A stretch of DNA of 64,000 nucleotides from Parvibaculaceae bacterium (GCA_965226465.1 OZ245362.1:571258-635257), one strand, 5' to 3'; shown: positions 10,491-20,648, counted from the first letter of the stretch. Notes: generated by a model not told the origin, from the letters alone. Numbers and translations are program-made.

Positions 10491-10955
10491 TTATTCTTCC
10501 GAATTATTATCTTCAATTCTGTCTAAAAATGCACCAAAATCACGCGCTTCACGGAAATTACGATATACGGAAGCAAAGCGTACATAAGCAACCGTATCCA
10601 ACTCAGCAAGTCCTTCCATAACCAACTCGCCAACAATTTTAGAGGGAATCTCACTTTCTCCCATATTTTCCAGACGGCGTACAATGCCGCTCACCATGCG
10701 CTCTACTCTATCAGGGTCAACGGGGCGTTTGCGTAATGCAATCTGAACGGAACGCATAAGCTTATCTCTCTCAAATGGCACACGCTTTCCCGAAGATTTA
10801 ACCAATATAAGCTCACGAAGCTGAATGCGCTCAAAGGTTGTAAACCGCCCTCCACAATCGGAACATTGGCGACGGCGGCGGATAGCAGTATCCTCCTCTG
10901 TTGGACGAGAATCCTTCACTTGCGTATTTTCACTTGCACAATATGGACACCGCAT
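10491..10955 (-). CDS. nrdR: Transcriptional repressor NrdR
   Basis: [18 protein letters not shown]...[17 protein letters not shown] is the zinc ribbon, and an ATP-cone follows. The track ORF extends to 11000. The ATG at 10955 gives the canonical N-terminus. Confidence 0.9.
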   Translation of the reverse strand: MRCPYCASENTQVKDSRPTEEDTAIRRRRQCSDCGGRFTTFERIQLRELILVKSSGKRVPFERDKLMRSVQIALRKRPVDPDRVERMVSGIVRRLENMGESEIPSKIVGELVMEGLAELDTVAYVRFASVYRNFREARDFGAFLDRIEDNNSEE

Positions 10956-10968
10956 TTTTACCCTCTTT

Positions 10969-12258
10969 CTATAAATATGTGTACAGAGGAAAATCTGCAC
11001 AAAGCTTTTCTACCTTCTTACGCACCTCTTTTTGTTTCCCTGCACTGACCTCACCTTTATTGGCAAGAATATCATTTAATATCTCACCAATCCAGACACC
11101 GATTTCAGTAAACTCCCCTTCCTTAAATCCCCTTGTTGTACCTGCACTGGTTCCAACACGAATACCGGAAGTGATGGTAGGCTTCTCATCATCAAAAGGA
11201 ATACCATTTTTATTACAGGTAATACCCGCACCTTCTAATGCTTCTTCAACAAGCTTTCCTGTCAATCCTTTAGGACGCAAATCAACAAGAGCAAGATGTG
11301 TATCCGTTCCACCTGAGATAATTTCTACTCCCTGTTTTTCTAAAGAAGCAGCAAGTGCCTTGGCATTGGTTACTACTTGCTTGGCATAGTCCTTAAAATC
11401 ATCGCTAAGTGCTTCCCCAAAGGCAACGGCTTTGGCAGCAATGACATGCATAAGCGGACCACCTTGAATACCGGGGAAAATTGCTGAGTTAATCTTTTTT
11501 CCAATCTCCTCATCATTAGAAAGCACCATGCCCCCCCTTGGTCCACGCAGTGTTTTATGCGTAGTTGTTGTTACCACATGGGCATGAGGTAAGGGGCTGG
11601 GATGTATATCTGCTGCAACCAATCCTGCAATATGTGCCATATCTACCATTAAATACGCCCCTACCTCATCGGCAATCGCGCGAAAAGCAGCAAAATCAAG
11701 AATGCGAGAATATGCACTTGTTCCTGCAATAATCATTTTTGGTTTATGCTCTAAGGCAAGCGCATGCAGAGCATCCATGTCTATCAGATAATCCTGTTTG
11801 CGGACACCATATTGTATTGCATGAAACCACTTACCGGACTGGTTTGGCTTTGCTCCATGAGTAAGATGACCGCCAGCATCCAGTGACATGCCCATAATCG
11901 TATCACCCGGTGATAATAATGCCTGAAACACGCCCTGATTTGCCTGTGAGCCGGAATTAGGCTGGACATTGGCATAGTTACATTTATAGAGCGTACAGGC
12001 ACGCTCTATTGCCAGCTTTTCTGCAACATCCACAAAATTACAGCCCCCATAATAACGCTTGCCGACATAGCCTTCTGCATATTTATTCGTTAAGACAGAA
12101 CCCTGTGTCTCCATAACAGCACGCGAAACTATGTTTTCTGAAGCGATAAGCTCAATCTGGTCACGCTGGCGGCCAAGCTCAAGGCTTAGAACCTTTGCGA
12201 TATCAGGGTCGTGCTGCTCAAGTTTCTCTGAAAAAAATCTTTCTTTTGTGTTAGACAT
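10969..12258 (-). CDS. glyA: Serine hydroxymethyltransferase
   Basis: 429 aa. [25 protein letters not shown] and the PLP-lysine region [16 protein letters not shown] are all present. Confidence 0.95.
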   Translation of the reverse strand: MSNTKERFFSEKLEQHDPDIAKVLSLELGRQRDQIELIASENIVSRAVMETQGSVLTNKYAEGYVGKRYYGGCNFVDVAEKLAIERACTLYKCNYANVQPNSGSQANQGVFQALLSPGDTIMGMSLDAGGHLTHGAKPNQSGKWFHAIQYGVRKQDYLIDMDALHALALEHKPKMIIAGTSAYSRILDFAAFRAIADEVGAYLMVDMAHIAGLVAADIHPSPLPHAHVVTTTTHKTLRGPRGGMVLSNDEEIGKKINSAIFPGIQGGPLMHVIAAKAVAFGEALSDDFKDYAKQVVTNAKALAASLEKQGVEIISGGTDTHLALVDLRPKGLTGKLVEEALEGAGITCNKNGIPFDDEKPTITSGIRVGTSAGTTRGFKEGEFTEIGVWIGEILNDILANKGEVSAGKQKEVRKKVEKLCADFPLYTYL

Positions 12259-12347
12259 TGAGTACTCTCCGAAATCTTCTCATGAAGTAGGCATTGATAC
12301 ACTAGATTATCCACTTTGGCGAGAGGAGATAACAAAATATAGATAAA

Positions 12348-13361
12348 ATGAGTAAAAAAAATCAAACTTTATTTGCAAAAGGAGGCTATCCAGCCATTAG
12401 AATGCGCCGCAACCGCAAGGCTGACTGGGTTAGAAGGCTCCTGGCTGAAAATATGCTTACGGTAAATGATCTTGTCCTTCCCCTATTTGTCCATGAGGGC
12501 AAGAAAAAAAAGACAGCTATCCCCTCAATGGTGGGCATAGACAGGCTCTCTATTGACCTTATGCTGGAGGAAGCAAAAAAGGCGTATCATCTTGGTATTC
12601 CTGCCATTGCCCTTTTTCCTGCCATTGACCCTGAACTTCGCAATAAAAAGGCAAGTGAAGCCTATAATAAGGATAATTTAATTGCCCGCAGCATTCGGGC
12701 GGTTAAGCAGGAAGTACCGGAAATCGGGGTGATTTGCGATGTAGCTCTAGACCCTTATAACTCTGACGGACATGATGGCGTTTTGCGCAATGGCAAGGTT
12801 GATAATGATGCTACGATTGAGATACTTATTCGCCAAGCAATAATGCAGGCAGAAGCCGGCTGTGATGTTCTTGCCCCTTCCGATATGATGGATGGTCGTA
12901 TCGGTGCAATACGCCACGCATTAGAGCAAGAAGGACATGTAAACACCCAATTGCTTGCCTATAGCGCAAAATATGCCTCTTCCCTTTATGGTCCCTTTCG
13001 TGAGGCGGTCGGTACAAAGCAATTATTACAAGGGGATAAAAAAGAGTATCAAATGAACCCTGCCAATAGCAAAGAAGCTCTTCGTGAAATAGCATTAGAT
13101 ATAGAAGAAGGGGCGGATATGATTATGGTAAAGCCCGCCGGTTTTTTTCTAGATATTCTTGCCCTTGCCAAGCAAGAATTTGCAATACCGCTTTTTGCTT
13201 ATCAGGTTTCAGGAGAATATAGCATGCTACAATCTGCTGCAAAAGCAGGACATATTGAGCAGGAAGCAGCAATGATGGAAAGCCTCTTATCAATAAAACG
13301 TGCAGGTGCTGACGCCATATTTACTTATTTTGCTATGCAGGCAGCCGAATTATTACGCTAA
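12348..13361 (+). CDS. hemB: Porphobilinogen synthase (delta-aminolevulinate dehydratase)
   Basis: 337 aa. RMRRNR, VICDVALDPYNSDGHDG, APSDMMDGRI and MVKPAG are characteristic. Confidence 0.93.
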   Translation: MSKKNQTLFAKGGYPAIRMRRNRKADWVRRLLAENMLTVNDLVLPLFVHEGKKKKTAIPSMVGIDRLSIDLMLEEAKKAYHLGIPAIALFPAIDPELRNKKASEAYNKDNLIARSIRAVKQEVPEIGVICDVALDPYNSDGHDGVLRNGKVDNDATIEILIRQAIMQAEAGCDVLAPSDMMDGRIGAIRHALEQEGHVNTQLLAYSAKYASSLYGPFREAVGTKQLLQGDKKEYQMNPANSKEALREIALDIEEGADMIMVKPAGFFLDILALAKQEFAIPLFAYQVSGEYSMLQSAAKAGHIEQEAAMMESLLSIKRAGADAIFTYFAMQAAELLR

Positions 13362-15430
13362 AAACGCTCCTGAAATATTGCCAATAAGGAGAGCATATTC
13401 TTACTTCGTACATCATGGCCTACATCATGTGTAAGGCGAACCCCAAATAGAATACTGCCATGTTTATCTTTATGCTTTAGCATTGCTTCAAAAAATAATT
13501 CTCTGCCTTTAGGCACAAGGGATAAAGTCTCCGTTTCCATTTTTATCTCCCCTTCTGGTGTCCTGCTCTTTGCAAGGTGTAATTTCATATCCCCCTCTAT
13601 GATACGCATGGGTTGAGCAAAGCGAAACTGCAACTGCTTTTTAGCGTTAAGGCTATGAGTAAAGCGGGCTTCAAAGCCTGCCCATATAACAGGAGATAAT
13701 TCCAGAAAGGAGGAACCCCTTTCCGCTGAGCTTACCCCCATTTGCATGTTCCAGTGTAAAGCCTGACGGGAAGAAAACTGAATATGCCTACGCAGAGAAA
13801 GAAACATGCTTTGATGATAGCCCCCTATTTCAAAAGCACCGGCTCCACGAATACCTTTTTCCCCTGCACGTGCCAGTCCCTGCCTTGAAAAATTAATTCC
13901 ACTCATAATGCTTACGCCCTTTTTGACCCGCTCCATATATATTCCTCCCTCAGCAAGCATGCCCTCTTCATCCATTCCTATACTTCCAGTAAAGTTCCAA
14001 CTCTTTGTAGCCGTCAGCTTTTTCCTAAGTCTTACTGGCAAAAATCCAAGCCCCATTGCTTGCATTTGCTGATAGCTCTGCTCTCCTTTCTTCACTTCGC
14101 TTATCCATTTTGTAATATGTTCCCCCCTTCGCTTTGGTAGAAAGTTTTTTAGAGAAATTTCAAAAGGTGCGCCCAACTCATCAAATATGGTGAACGCAAC
14201 GCCCTCTAAATTGGCAAGCACTCCAGAGCCAAGCCCATCAAGCAGTAATGCGCTTTGTGAAACGGCATAAGCCGTGGCAGTAGCAATATTGCCATTAGAA
14301 ATAATCTGGCTTTCCCCTACAGGTCTTGTTGCTGCCTCAAGGTCTACCAAACCCTGACCATAAATGCTCTTCTCCTGATATATGCCCTGCTTATTGGCTG
14401 TAGCAAGAAGGCGAGCTAAAATATCCTCATTACTTAATTGTCCAGCAAATAAATGCTTTAATAATGCCAAAGCACCGCTAATGTGAGCGGCAGCAAATGA
14501 TGTTCCAAACACGCCTCCATATTTTCCCTCTGGCATGGCTGCCGTTACCATTCGCTCATCATAACCACCAGGAGCGCTAATGCACCAATCAGCAAGACTT
14601 CCACAATGATTGCTTATGCTATCTATTTCCCCTTCTGCATTGACTGCAGTGACGATAAGCATCTTATTGGAAAGCTCTGGAAATAATAGAGGAAGAGCAG
14701 CGGTACGCTTTACTTCTGCCTCCCCTCCATTTCCGCTTGCCCAAACATAAATAATATTTGCCTGCTTCATAACCTCTAATGCATCACCAAAATACCATTT
14801 TAGAAAATCTTGACTTGCAGAAATTTCCTCTGGCTGGAAAACCAGGCTTGTTGCCCAACTATTATTAATGATATCGGAGCCTGCATTACCAAGCGCCGTA
14901 TAGGCTTTTTCTAAAATATTTGCATTTAGTTTTAGATAACCATTATCTTTTAACAGTAGCTCCCACATGGCGATATCCGCCTCATAAGCAACCCCATGCA
15001 TATTCTCTCCTGCCAGCCTGCTTCCTGCGGCAAGGCTAACAACTTTTGTAGCATGCTGCTGATGCTCGGCAGTTCTTTCCGTTTCCTCATAAGCTGTCTT
15101 GTCATGAAATATAATTCGCCCATCAGAGAACTCTTCATGTGTATTGTCCAAAGCCGTGTCAACAAAACCTATCGCAACGTCTTTTCCTGAACCTCCCTGT
15201 GAGTAAGCAGCCGCTGCTTTCATCATGCCCAGCCCCATTTGTCCGATATATTGGCTGTTTTCAACAAATTGTGTTGCGCTATCGGCTTCTTTAGTGCTTT
15301 GTGCTTGGGCTTGACTTCCTGTGCTTGTTAAAGAAACATCTATTGTATTGCCCCCTGAGCTACATCCTGCAAATGTGACCAATATAAGAGCGGTCCATAG
15401 GCGGGAAAAATGAAAAAGAAGCGTGCGCAA
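13358..15430 (-). CDS. Subtilisin-like (S8) serine protease lipoprotein with a C-terminal autotransporter-type beta-domain
   Basis: Lipobox LVTFAGC-SS. The S8 catalytic triad context is present (GFVDTALD, HATKVVSLAAG, GTSFAAAHISGALALL). The roughly 300-aa C-terminus alternates in beta fashion and ends QERF. The only available start is TTG at 15430. Confidence 0.72.
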   Translation of the reverse strand: MRTLLFHFSRLWTALILVTFAGCSSGGNTIDVSLTSTGSQAQAQSTKEADSATQFVENSQYIGQMGLGMMKAAAAYSQGGSGKDVAIGFVDTALDNTHEEFSDGRIIFHDKTAYEETERTAEHQQHATKVVSLAAGSRLAGENMHGVAYEADIAMWELLLKDNGYLKLNANILEKAYTALGNAGSDIINNSWATSLVFQPEEISASQDFLKWYFGDALEVMKQANIIYVWASGNGGEAEVKRTAALPLLFPELSNKMLIVTAVNAEGEIDSISNHCGSLADWCISAPGGYDERMVTAAMPEGKYGGVFGTSFAAAHISGALALLKHLFAGQLSNEDILARLLATANKQGIYQEKSIYGQGLVDLEAATRPVGESQIISNGNIATATAYAVSQSALLLDGLGSGVLANLEGVAFTIFDELGAPFEISLKNFLPKRRGEHITKWISEVKKGEQSYQQMQAMGLGFLPVRLRKKLTATKSWNFTGSIGMDEEGMLAEGGIYMERVKKGVSIMSGINFSRQGLARAGEKGIRGAGAFEIGGYHQSMFLSLRRHIQFSSRQALHWNMQMGVSSAERGSSFLELSPVIWAGFEARFTHSLNAKKQLQFRFAQPMRIIEGDMKLHLAKSRTPEGEIKMETETLSLVPKGRELFFEAMLKHKDKHGSILFGVRLTHDVGHDVRSKNMLSLLAIFQERF

Positions 15431-15614
15431 GAGCGGTTTTCCTCAGCTTTTTCTCATTTCCCATGGCAGGATAGAACACCATAAAAAGCTGAAGGCTCAG
15501 TTAACACTCTTGTGAGAGATAGCTTCACCCACTTCACACTCATGCAAGCTTTGTGCTATGCTTTCAAACTGAAAGAGCCAATTAGGCTCTTTTTCAATAG
15601 GGGAAGGAGGGATT

Positions 15615-17462
15615 ATGAGTTTCCAGATCCATATGTGGATTACATTTGCAGTTATCTTATCTGCGATGATTGCTTTTGCTTTAGAGCGTCTTCGTATGGA
15701 GATAATCTCCCTGCTTATTATCATCACATTAATGCTGGTCTTTTATTTCCTGCCCTTAGAAATAGAGGGCAAGAATTTATTAAATGCCGAAGTCTTTTTG
15801 CGTGGTTTTGGCAATCCTGCACTTATTTCTGTGATTGCCTTATTAATTATGGGTCAAGGGTTATTCCATTCTGGTGCCTTGGAGAGTGTAAGCAAGAGCC
15901 TAGTTAAGCTTGCAAGCAACCGCCCTTTTCTGGCTCTTGGATTTATCTTTCTGTTAGCAATTATAACAAGCATGTTCTTAAACAACACGCCTGTTGTAGT
16001 GATGTTTATTCCCATCCTCTCTGCCGTAGCTTTGCGTAGCAAGCTAGATGCCTCTCAGGTAATGATGTCTTTGAGCTTTCTATGTATTCTTGGAGGATTT
16101 ACCACGCTCATTGCCTCCTCTACTAATTTGTTGGTAGCAGGCGCAGTAGCAACCCATACAGAAATACCCCCTATTGGCTTTTTTGACTTCACCCTTCCAG
16201 GTCTTTTTCTGGCAGGGGTAGGCTCTATCTATGTATTTCTTATCATGCCGTTTCTATTTCCCAAAAGGGATAAAAAAAATACGACAGAGACGGTAAAAAA
16301 AGAACTGCCCTATATTGTAGGCATACGCTTGCGTTATGGCGACAAGCTTGTTGGCATAAAAGCGGAACAGGGAAAGTTTCCAGGTCTGGAAACAGCAGAT
16401 ATAAAACTTATTCTTCGTGATAATCAAAAAATACTCCCTCCCTTTGACAATGTTACATTAAAGACAGGGGACAAATTATCCGTTCTTGTTACCCGAACAA
16501 CACTTACCGATGCATTAAAATCAAGCTCCAATCCTTTGGGAGAAATTATCACCCGCTCTGGTAAAAGCCTACTTCACGCATTGGATGAGGAAGAGCAAGA
16601 AAGCTTTGCGCCCACATTGGCAGAAATTGTTGTTGCTCCAGGCTCTTCCATGTCAGGGCGGACGATAAACCAGCTTGCTTTTGAGTTTGAAACCCATTGC
16701 CGCATTTTAGGTATCCAAAGGCGTGGACGCATACTTCATGAGGATATAAGCATTATGCGCCTTCAACCAGGCGATGAACTGCTTGTTTTGGGGAAGGAAA
16801 ACCACGTACAGGAGCTTCGTAATAATCATGATGTATTATTATTGGAATGGTCAACTACCGAGCTTCCTAATTTTTCTCATGCCGTCAAAGCAAGGCTTAT
16901 TTTTCTTGGTACTATTCTGCTTGCTGCATTTAACATTGTGCCCATTGTTATTGCTGCTCTTTGTGGTGCAGCGGCAATGTTGCTTAGCAATACCATTACG
17001 CCCCGTCAGGCTATTCGGGCAATAGATATTCGTATATTCCTTATCATTGCCGCCTCTATTGCCATGGCAAGTGCATTGGAAATAACAGGGGGAGCAGAAT
17101 TTTTAGCGCATAGCTTTATCAATGTGTTTGCAAACGCCCCCATTCCAGTAATTCTTTCTATCTTTTTTCTGATTACCGCCCTTATGACGAATATATTAAG
17201 CAATAATGCAACCGCCCTCCTCTTTACGCCAATTGCAATTAATCTATCCCAGCAATTAGGCATTGACCCTATGGCATTTATCTTTGCGGTTCTCTTTGCC
17301 TCTAACTGTTCCTTTGCAACACCCTTTGCATATCAAACAAACCTGCTTGTGATGGGTCCGGGCAAATATCAATTCCGTGATTTTTTACGAGCAGGTCTTC
17401 CGCTTGTAATTATCATCTGGATAACCTATTCCCTCTTTGCCCCTTATTATTATGGTTTATAA
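15615..17462 (+). CDS. SLC13/DASS-type anion permease with central tandem TrkA-C (RCK_C) domains
   Basis: 615 aa with two polytopic halves (NNTPVVVMFIPI and SNNATALLFTPIA hairpin-type motifs) that flank two soluble repeats (LKTGDKLSVLV and LQPGDELLVLG). AAGGAGG sits 5-11 nt upstream of the ATG. Confidence 0.78.
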   Translation: MSFQIHMWITFAVILSAMIAFALERLRMEIISLLIIITLMLVFYFLPLEIEGKNLLNAEVFLRGFGNPALISVIALLIMGQGLFHSGALESVSKSLVKLASNRPFLALGFIFLLAIITSMFLNNTPVVVMFIPILSAVALRSKLDASQVMMSLSFLCILGGFTTLIASSTNLLVAGAVATHTEIPPIGFFDFTLPGLFLAGVGSIYVFLIMPFLFPKRDKKNTTETVKKELPYIVGIRLRYGDKLVGIKAEQGKFPGLETADIKLILRDNQKILPPFDNVTLKTGDKLSVLVTRTTLTDALKSSSNPLGEIITRSGKSLLHALDEEEQESFAPTLAEIVVAPGSSMSGRTINQLAFEFETHCRILGIQRRGRILHEDISIMRLQPGDELLVLGKENHVQELRNNHDVLLLEWSTTELPNFSHAVKARLIFLGTILLAAFNIVPIVIAALCGAAAMLLSNTITPRQAIRAIDIRIFLIIAASIAMASALEITGGAEFLAHSFINVFANAPIPVILSIFFLITALMTNILSNNATALLFTPIAINLSQQLGIDPMAFIFAVLFASNCSFATPFAYQTNLLVMGPGKYQFRDFLRAGLPLVIIIWITYSLFAPYYYGL

Positions 17463-17475
17463 AAAGATAAGTCTT

Positions 17476-18570
17476 ATGAGCAGTAAAAAGATAAAACGCC
17501 GTGATTTTTTAACAAAAACAAGTCTGCTTGCAGGTGCAACCGGACTTTCCCTTCCGAATATTGCTCGTGCACAGAGCAAACGCCGCCTTAAAATGGTGAC
17601 AACATGGCCAAAAAACTTTCCCGGTTTTGGAACAAGTTGTGAAGCATTAGCCAGACGGGTAAAGCTTATGAGCAAGGGCAGTTTAGAGATTAAAATCTAT
17701 GCTGCCGGCGAGCTTGTAGGTGCTTTTGAAGCCTATGATGCAGTTTCTACAGGAGCGGCAGATATGTATCATGCTGCAGAATATTATTGGCAAGGAAAAT
17801 CCCCTGCTTTTAATTTTTTTACTGCCGTTCCCTTTGGCATGACCCCTCAGGAGATAAATGCTTGGATATATTGGGGCGGGGGACAAACATTATGGGATGA
17901 GCTTTCCTCACGCTTTAATATACGCTCCTTTTTATGCGGAAACTCGGGAATGCAAATGGGGGGCTGGTTTAACCGTGAAATAAACCAGATTGAAGATTTT
18001 AAGGGGCTAAAAATAAGAATCCCCGGGCTTGGTGGAGAATTATTACACCGTCATGGTGCTTTGGCTGTATCTCTGCCTGGTGGAGAAATATTTCCCAGCA
18101 TGAAAAGTGGTGCCATTGATGCAACTGAATGGGTGGGACCATGGAACGACCTTGCCTTTGGATTATATCAGGTAGCAAAATTTTATTACTGGCCCGGCTT
18201 TCATGAGCCGGGTCCTGCAATCTCTGCAGGTATTAATTTAGAAAGCTGGCAAAGCCTATCCACGGAGCATCAGGAAATATTGCGAACAGCTATGGAAGCA
18301 GAAAATAATAAAATGTATACTGAGTATGAATATAGAAATGCTGTCTCTCTCAAAATATTAATTGAAAAGCATAACGTAAAACTGCGCCGTTTTTCTCCTG
18401 AAATTTTGAAAACTCTTAAGAAAACTTCAGAAGAAATATTAGAAGAAATTGGTTCCCATGATAATATTTCCCACAAAATTTATAAAAGCTTTCGTGAAAA
18501 TATGGCACGCAGCAAAGAATGGACAAAAATATCCTCTATTGCATATTATCAAACAAGGGATGGGGAATAA
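17476..18570 (+). CDS. dctP: TRAP transporter substrate-binding protein (DctP family, TakP-like) with a Tat-type signal
   Basis: KRRDFLTKTSLLAGATGLSLPNIARA is a twin-arginine signal. MVTTWPKNFPGFG and AAGELVGAFEAYDAVSTGAADMYH resemble DctP/TakP-type binding proteins. I prefer the ATG at 17476 over the track start at 17437, which overlaps the upstream gene. Confidence 0.82.
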   Translation: MSSKKIKRRDFLTKTSLLAGATGLSLPNIARAQSKRRLKMVTTWPKNFPGFGTSCEALARRVKLMSKGSLEIKIYAAGELVGAFEAYDAVSTGAADMYHAAEYYWQGKSPAFNFFTAVPFGMTPQEINAWIYWGGGQTLWDELSSRFNIRSFLCGNSGMQMGGWFNREINQIEDFKGLKIRIPGLGGELLHRHGALAVSLPGGEIFPSMKSGAIDATEWVGPWNDLAFGLYQVAKFYYWPGFHEPGPAISAGINLESWQSLSTEHQEILRTAMEAENNKMYTEYEYRNAVSLKILIEKHNVKLRRFSPEILKTLKKTSEEILEEIGSHDNISHKIYKSFRENMARSKEWTKISSIAYYQTRDGE

Positions 18571-18572
18571 AT

Positions 18573-19079
18573 ATGAAAACCCATCAGGCTTTGCATTATA
18601 CAAATCAAATTAATCGTAAAATTGGAAATATAATATGCTGGCTTCCCCTGATAATGGTTTTGCTACAATTTACTATTGTTATTATGCGCTATGTTTATGG
18701 CACGGGATCTCTCATTCTACAGGAAAGCATGCTATATATGCAGGGATTGCTTTTCATGCTGGCAGCGGCAGAAACCTTACGCCGTGATGCACATGTGCGA
18801 ATAGATATTTTTTATGGTAAAAAGAGTAAGAAGTTTCGTCTATGGGTAGATTTGCTGGGAAGTCTATTTTTCTTGCTGCCTTTTTCTATTTTCACTTTTA
18901 TTATTTCCTATCCCTATATACGCCTATCATGGATGGTACGTGAAGGCTCCCGTGAAGCCAGCGGGATTGAAGCAGTATATTTGCTAAAAACCTCTATCCT
19001 GTTATTTGCTCTTTTGCTGGGATTACAAGCCATTTGCTCTATTGCTTCTTCTATTTTGCATCTAAGGAGGCAAGAATAA
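18573..19079 (+). CDS. dctQ: TRAP transporter small permease (DctQ)
   Basis: About 168 aa with four TM segments, located between dctP and dctM. The ATG at 18573 lies 2 nt after the dctP stop. Confidence 0.78.
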   Translation: MKTHQALHYTNQINRKIGNIICWLPLIMVLLQFTIVIMRYVYGTGSLILQESMLYMQGLLFMLAAAETLRRDAHVRIDIFYGKKSKKFRLWVDLLGSLFFLLPFSIFTFIISYPYIRLSWMVREGSREASGIEAVYLLKTSILLFALLLGLQAICSIASSILHLRRQE

Positions 19080-20621
19080 ATGGGACTTGATATTCTCATG
19101 TTTCTGGCTGCGTTCCTGCTCTTAATGGCAGGATTTCCTGTTGCCTTTACGCTTGCCGGTGTCGCCCTTATTTTTTCATTTCTGGGCATAATGACAGGAA
19201 GCTTTGACAGTAGCTTTTTGCAGGCATTTCCCCAAAGAATTTTTGGCATTATGAATAATGAGATATTGCTAGCGATACCTTTATTTATTTTCATGGGAAG
19301 CCTTTTAGAACGCTCCCGCTTAGCAGAAAGTTTACTTACAGGCATGGCATATCTCCTGCGCCATGTACGAGGAGGCTTAGGCATATCGGTCACCATTGTC
19401 GGTGCCTTGCTGGCGGCATCTACAGGAATAGTGGCGGCAACAGTGGTAACAATGGGGCTTCTTTCCCTGCCTAGCCTTATCAAGCGGGGATATGACCCTG
19501 CTTTCGCAACAGGTACGATTAGCGCAGCAGGAACATTAGGGCAAATTATTCCTCCCTCTATCGTGCTTATTCTGCTTGGAGATATTATCAGCAATGCCTA
19601 TCAGCAATCTCAATTGCAAAGGGGTATATTTGCACCGGAGACCGTTTCTCTAGGAGAGCTTTTTGCAGGAGCCTTGCTGCCAGGATTAGCTCTGGTAGGC
19701 TTATATATTCTTTATCAATTTTCCATGAGCCTGTTCCGCCCTCACCTATGCGGTCATAATCAAGTAAATGAAGATAGCGAACTGAACATGCAAACAGTTC
19801 TATTAGGGCTTATCCCTCCTATATCCCTTATCATTGCTGTTCTGGGATCTATTCTTATGGGATTAGCTACCCCTACGGAAGCAGCCGGTGTCGGTGCACT
19901 TGGTACCATATTGCTTGCAGGCATGCATATTCGTAAGAAGGAAAATTTTCTTCCTCAAGCAGGTATTATTTCCCTGTTGATTTTACTGGCAATGGGAATA
20001 GCTTTTGACTTCAAATTATTACAAAGCCCTGCCCATCCCCTATTTTGGCTATCTGTTATTTGCATGGCTATATTTTTTGTAAGCCTTGCCTTCACCCTTA
20101 TCGCATTATGGAAAAGCAATATGCTGCGTGAAGTTATGCACAAAACTATGGAGATGAATGCCATGGTTTTCACTCTCCTTATTGGTGCCGCCCTTTTTAG
20201 TCTAGTCCTTCGTGGCTTTGGCGGAGATGAAACCGTGCAATCTCTGCTGGAAAACATGCCGGGGGGAGCAATGGGTGCCATGATTGGAGTGATGTTGGTT
20301 ATGTTTATTATGGGCTTTTTTCTGGATTTTATAGAGATTACTCTTGTCATTGTCCCTCTTATCGCACCCATATTGCTAAGCATGGGTTATGACCCTATAT
20401 GGCTTGGTGTCATGATTACCATTAATCTGCAAACTTCTTTTCTTACGCCCCCCTTTGGCTTTGCCCTTTTTTATCTGCGTAGCGTTGCACCAAAAAGCAT
20501 AAAAACGGCGGATATATATAAGGGGGTTATTCCGTTTATTTTTATTCAATTATTGATGTTGGGGCTATTGGCGTATTTCCCACAAATGGCATCTTTTTTA
20601 CCGGAATTGATATTTGATTAG
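19080..20621 (+). CDS. dctM: TRAP transporter large permease (DctM, long 513-aa form)
   Basis: Polytopic protein abutting dctQ (stop 19079, start 19080). The DctM-like segments IPLFIFMGSLLERS and TPPFGFALFYL are present. Confidence 0.88.
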   Translation: MGLDILMFLAAFLLLMAGFPVAFTLAGVALIFSFLGIMTGSFDSSFLQAFPQRIFGIMNNEILLAIPLFIFMGSLLERSRLAESLLTGMAYLLRHVRGGLGISVTIVGALLAASTGIVAATVVTMGLLSLPSLIKRGYDPAFATGTISAAGTLGQIIPPSIVLILLGDIISNAYQQSQLQRGIFAPETVSLGELFAGALLPGLALVGLYILYQFSMSLFRPHLCGHNQVNEDSELNMQTVLLGLIPPISLIIAVLGSILMGLATPTEAAGVGALGTILLAGMHIRKKENFLPQAGIISLLILLAMGIAFDFKLLQSPAHPLFWLSVICMAIFFVSLAFTLIALWKSNMLREVMHKTMEMNAMVFTLLIGAALFSLVLRGFGGDETVQSLLENMPGGAMGAMIGVMLVMFIMGFFLDFIEITLVIVPLIAPILLSMGYDPIWLGVMITINLQTSFLTPPFGFALFYLRSVAPKSIKTADIYKGVIPFIFIQLLMLGLLAYFPQMASFLPELIFD

Positions 20622-20648
20622 GTTTTTCTTTTGCTATAGACTTTTCAT

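Noticed and set aside
12307-12315. A DnaA-box-like 9-mer TTATCCACT lies in the glyA/hemB divergent region, which raised the possibility of a replication origin.
   Set aside because: It is a single 8-of-9 match in an 89-nt intergenic region. There is no cluster of boxes, no AT-rich unwinding element and no dnaA, hemE or parAB context.
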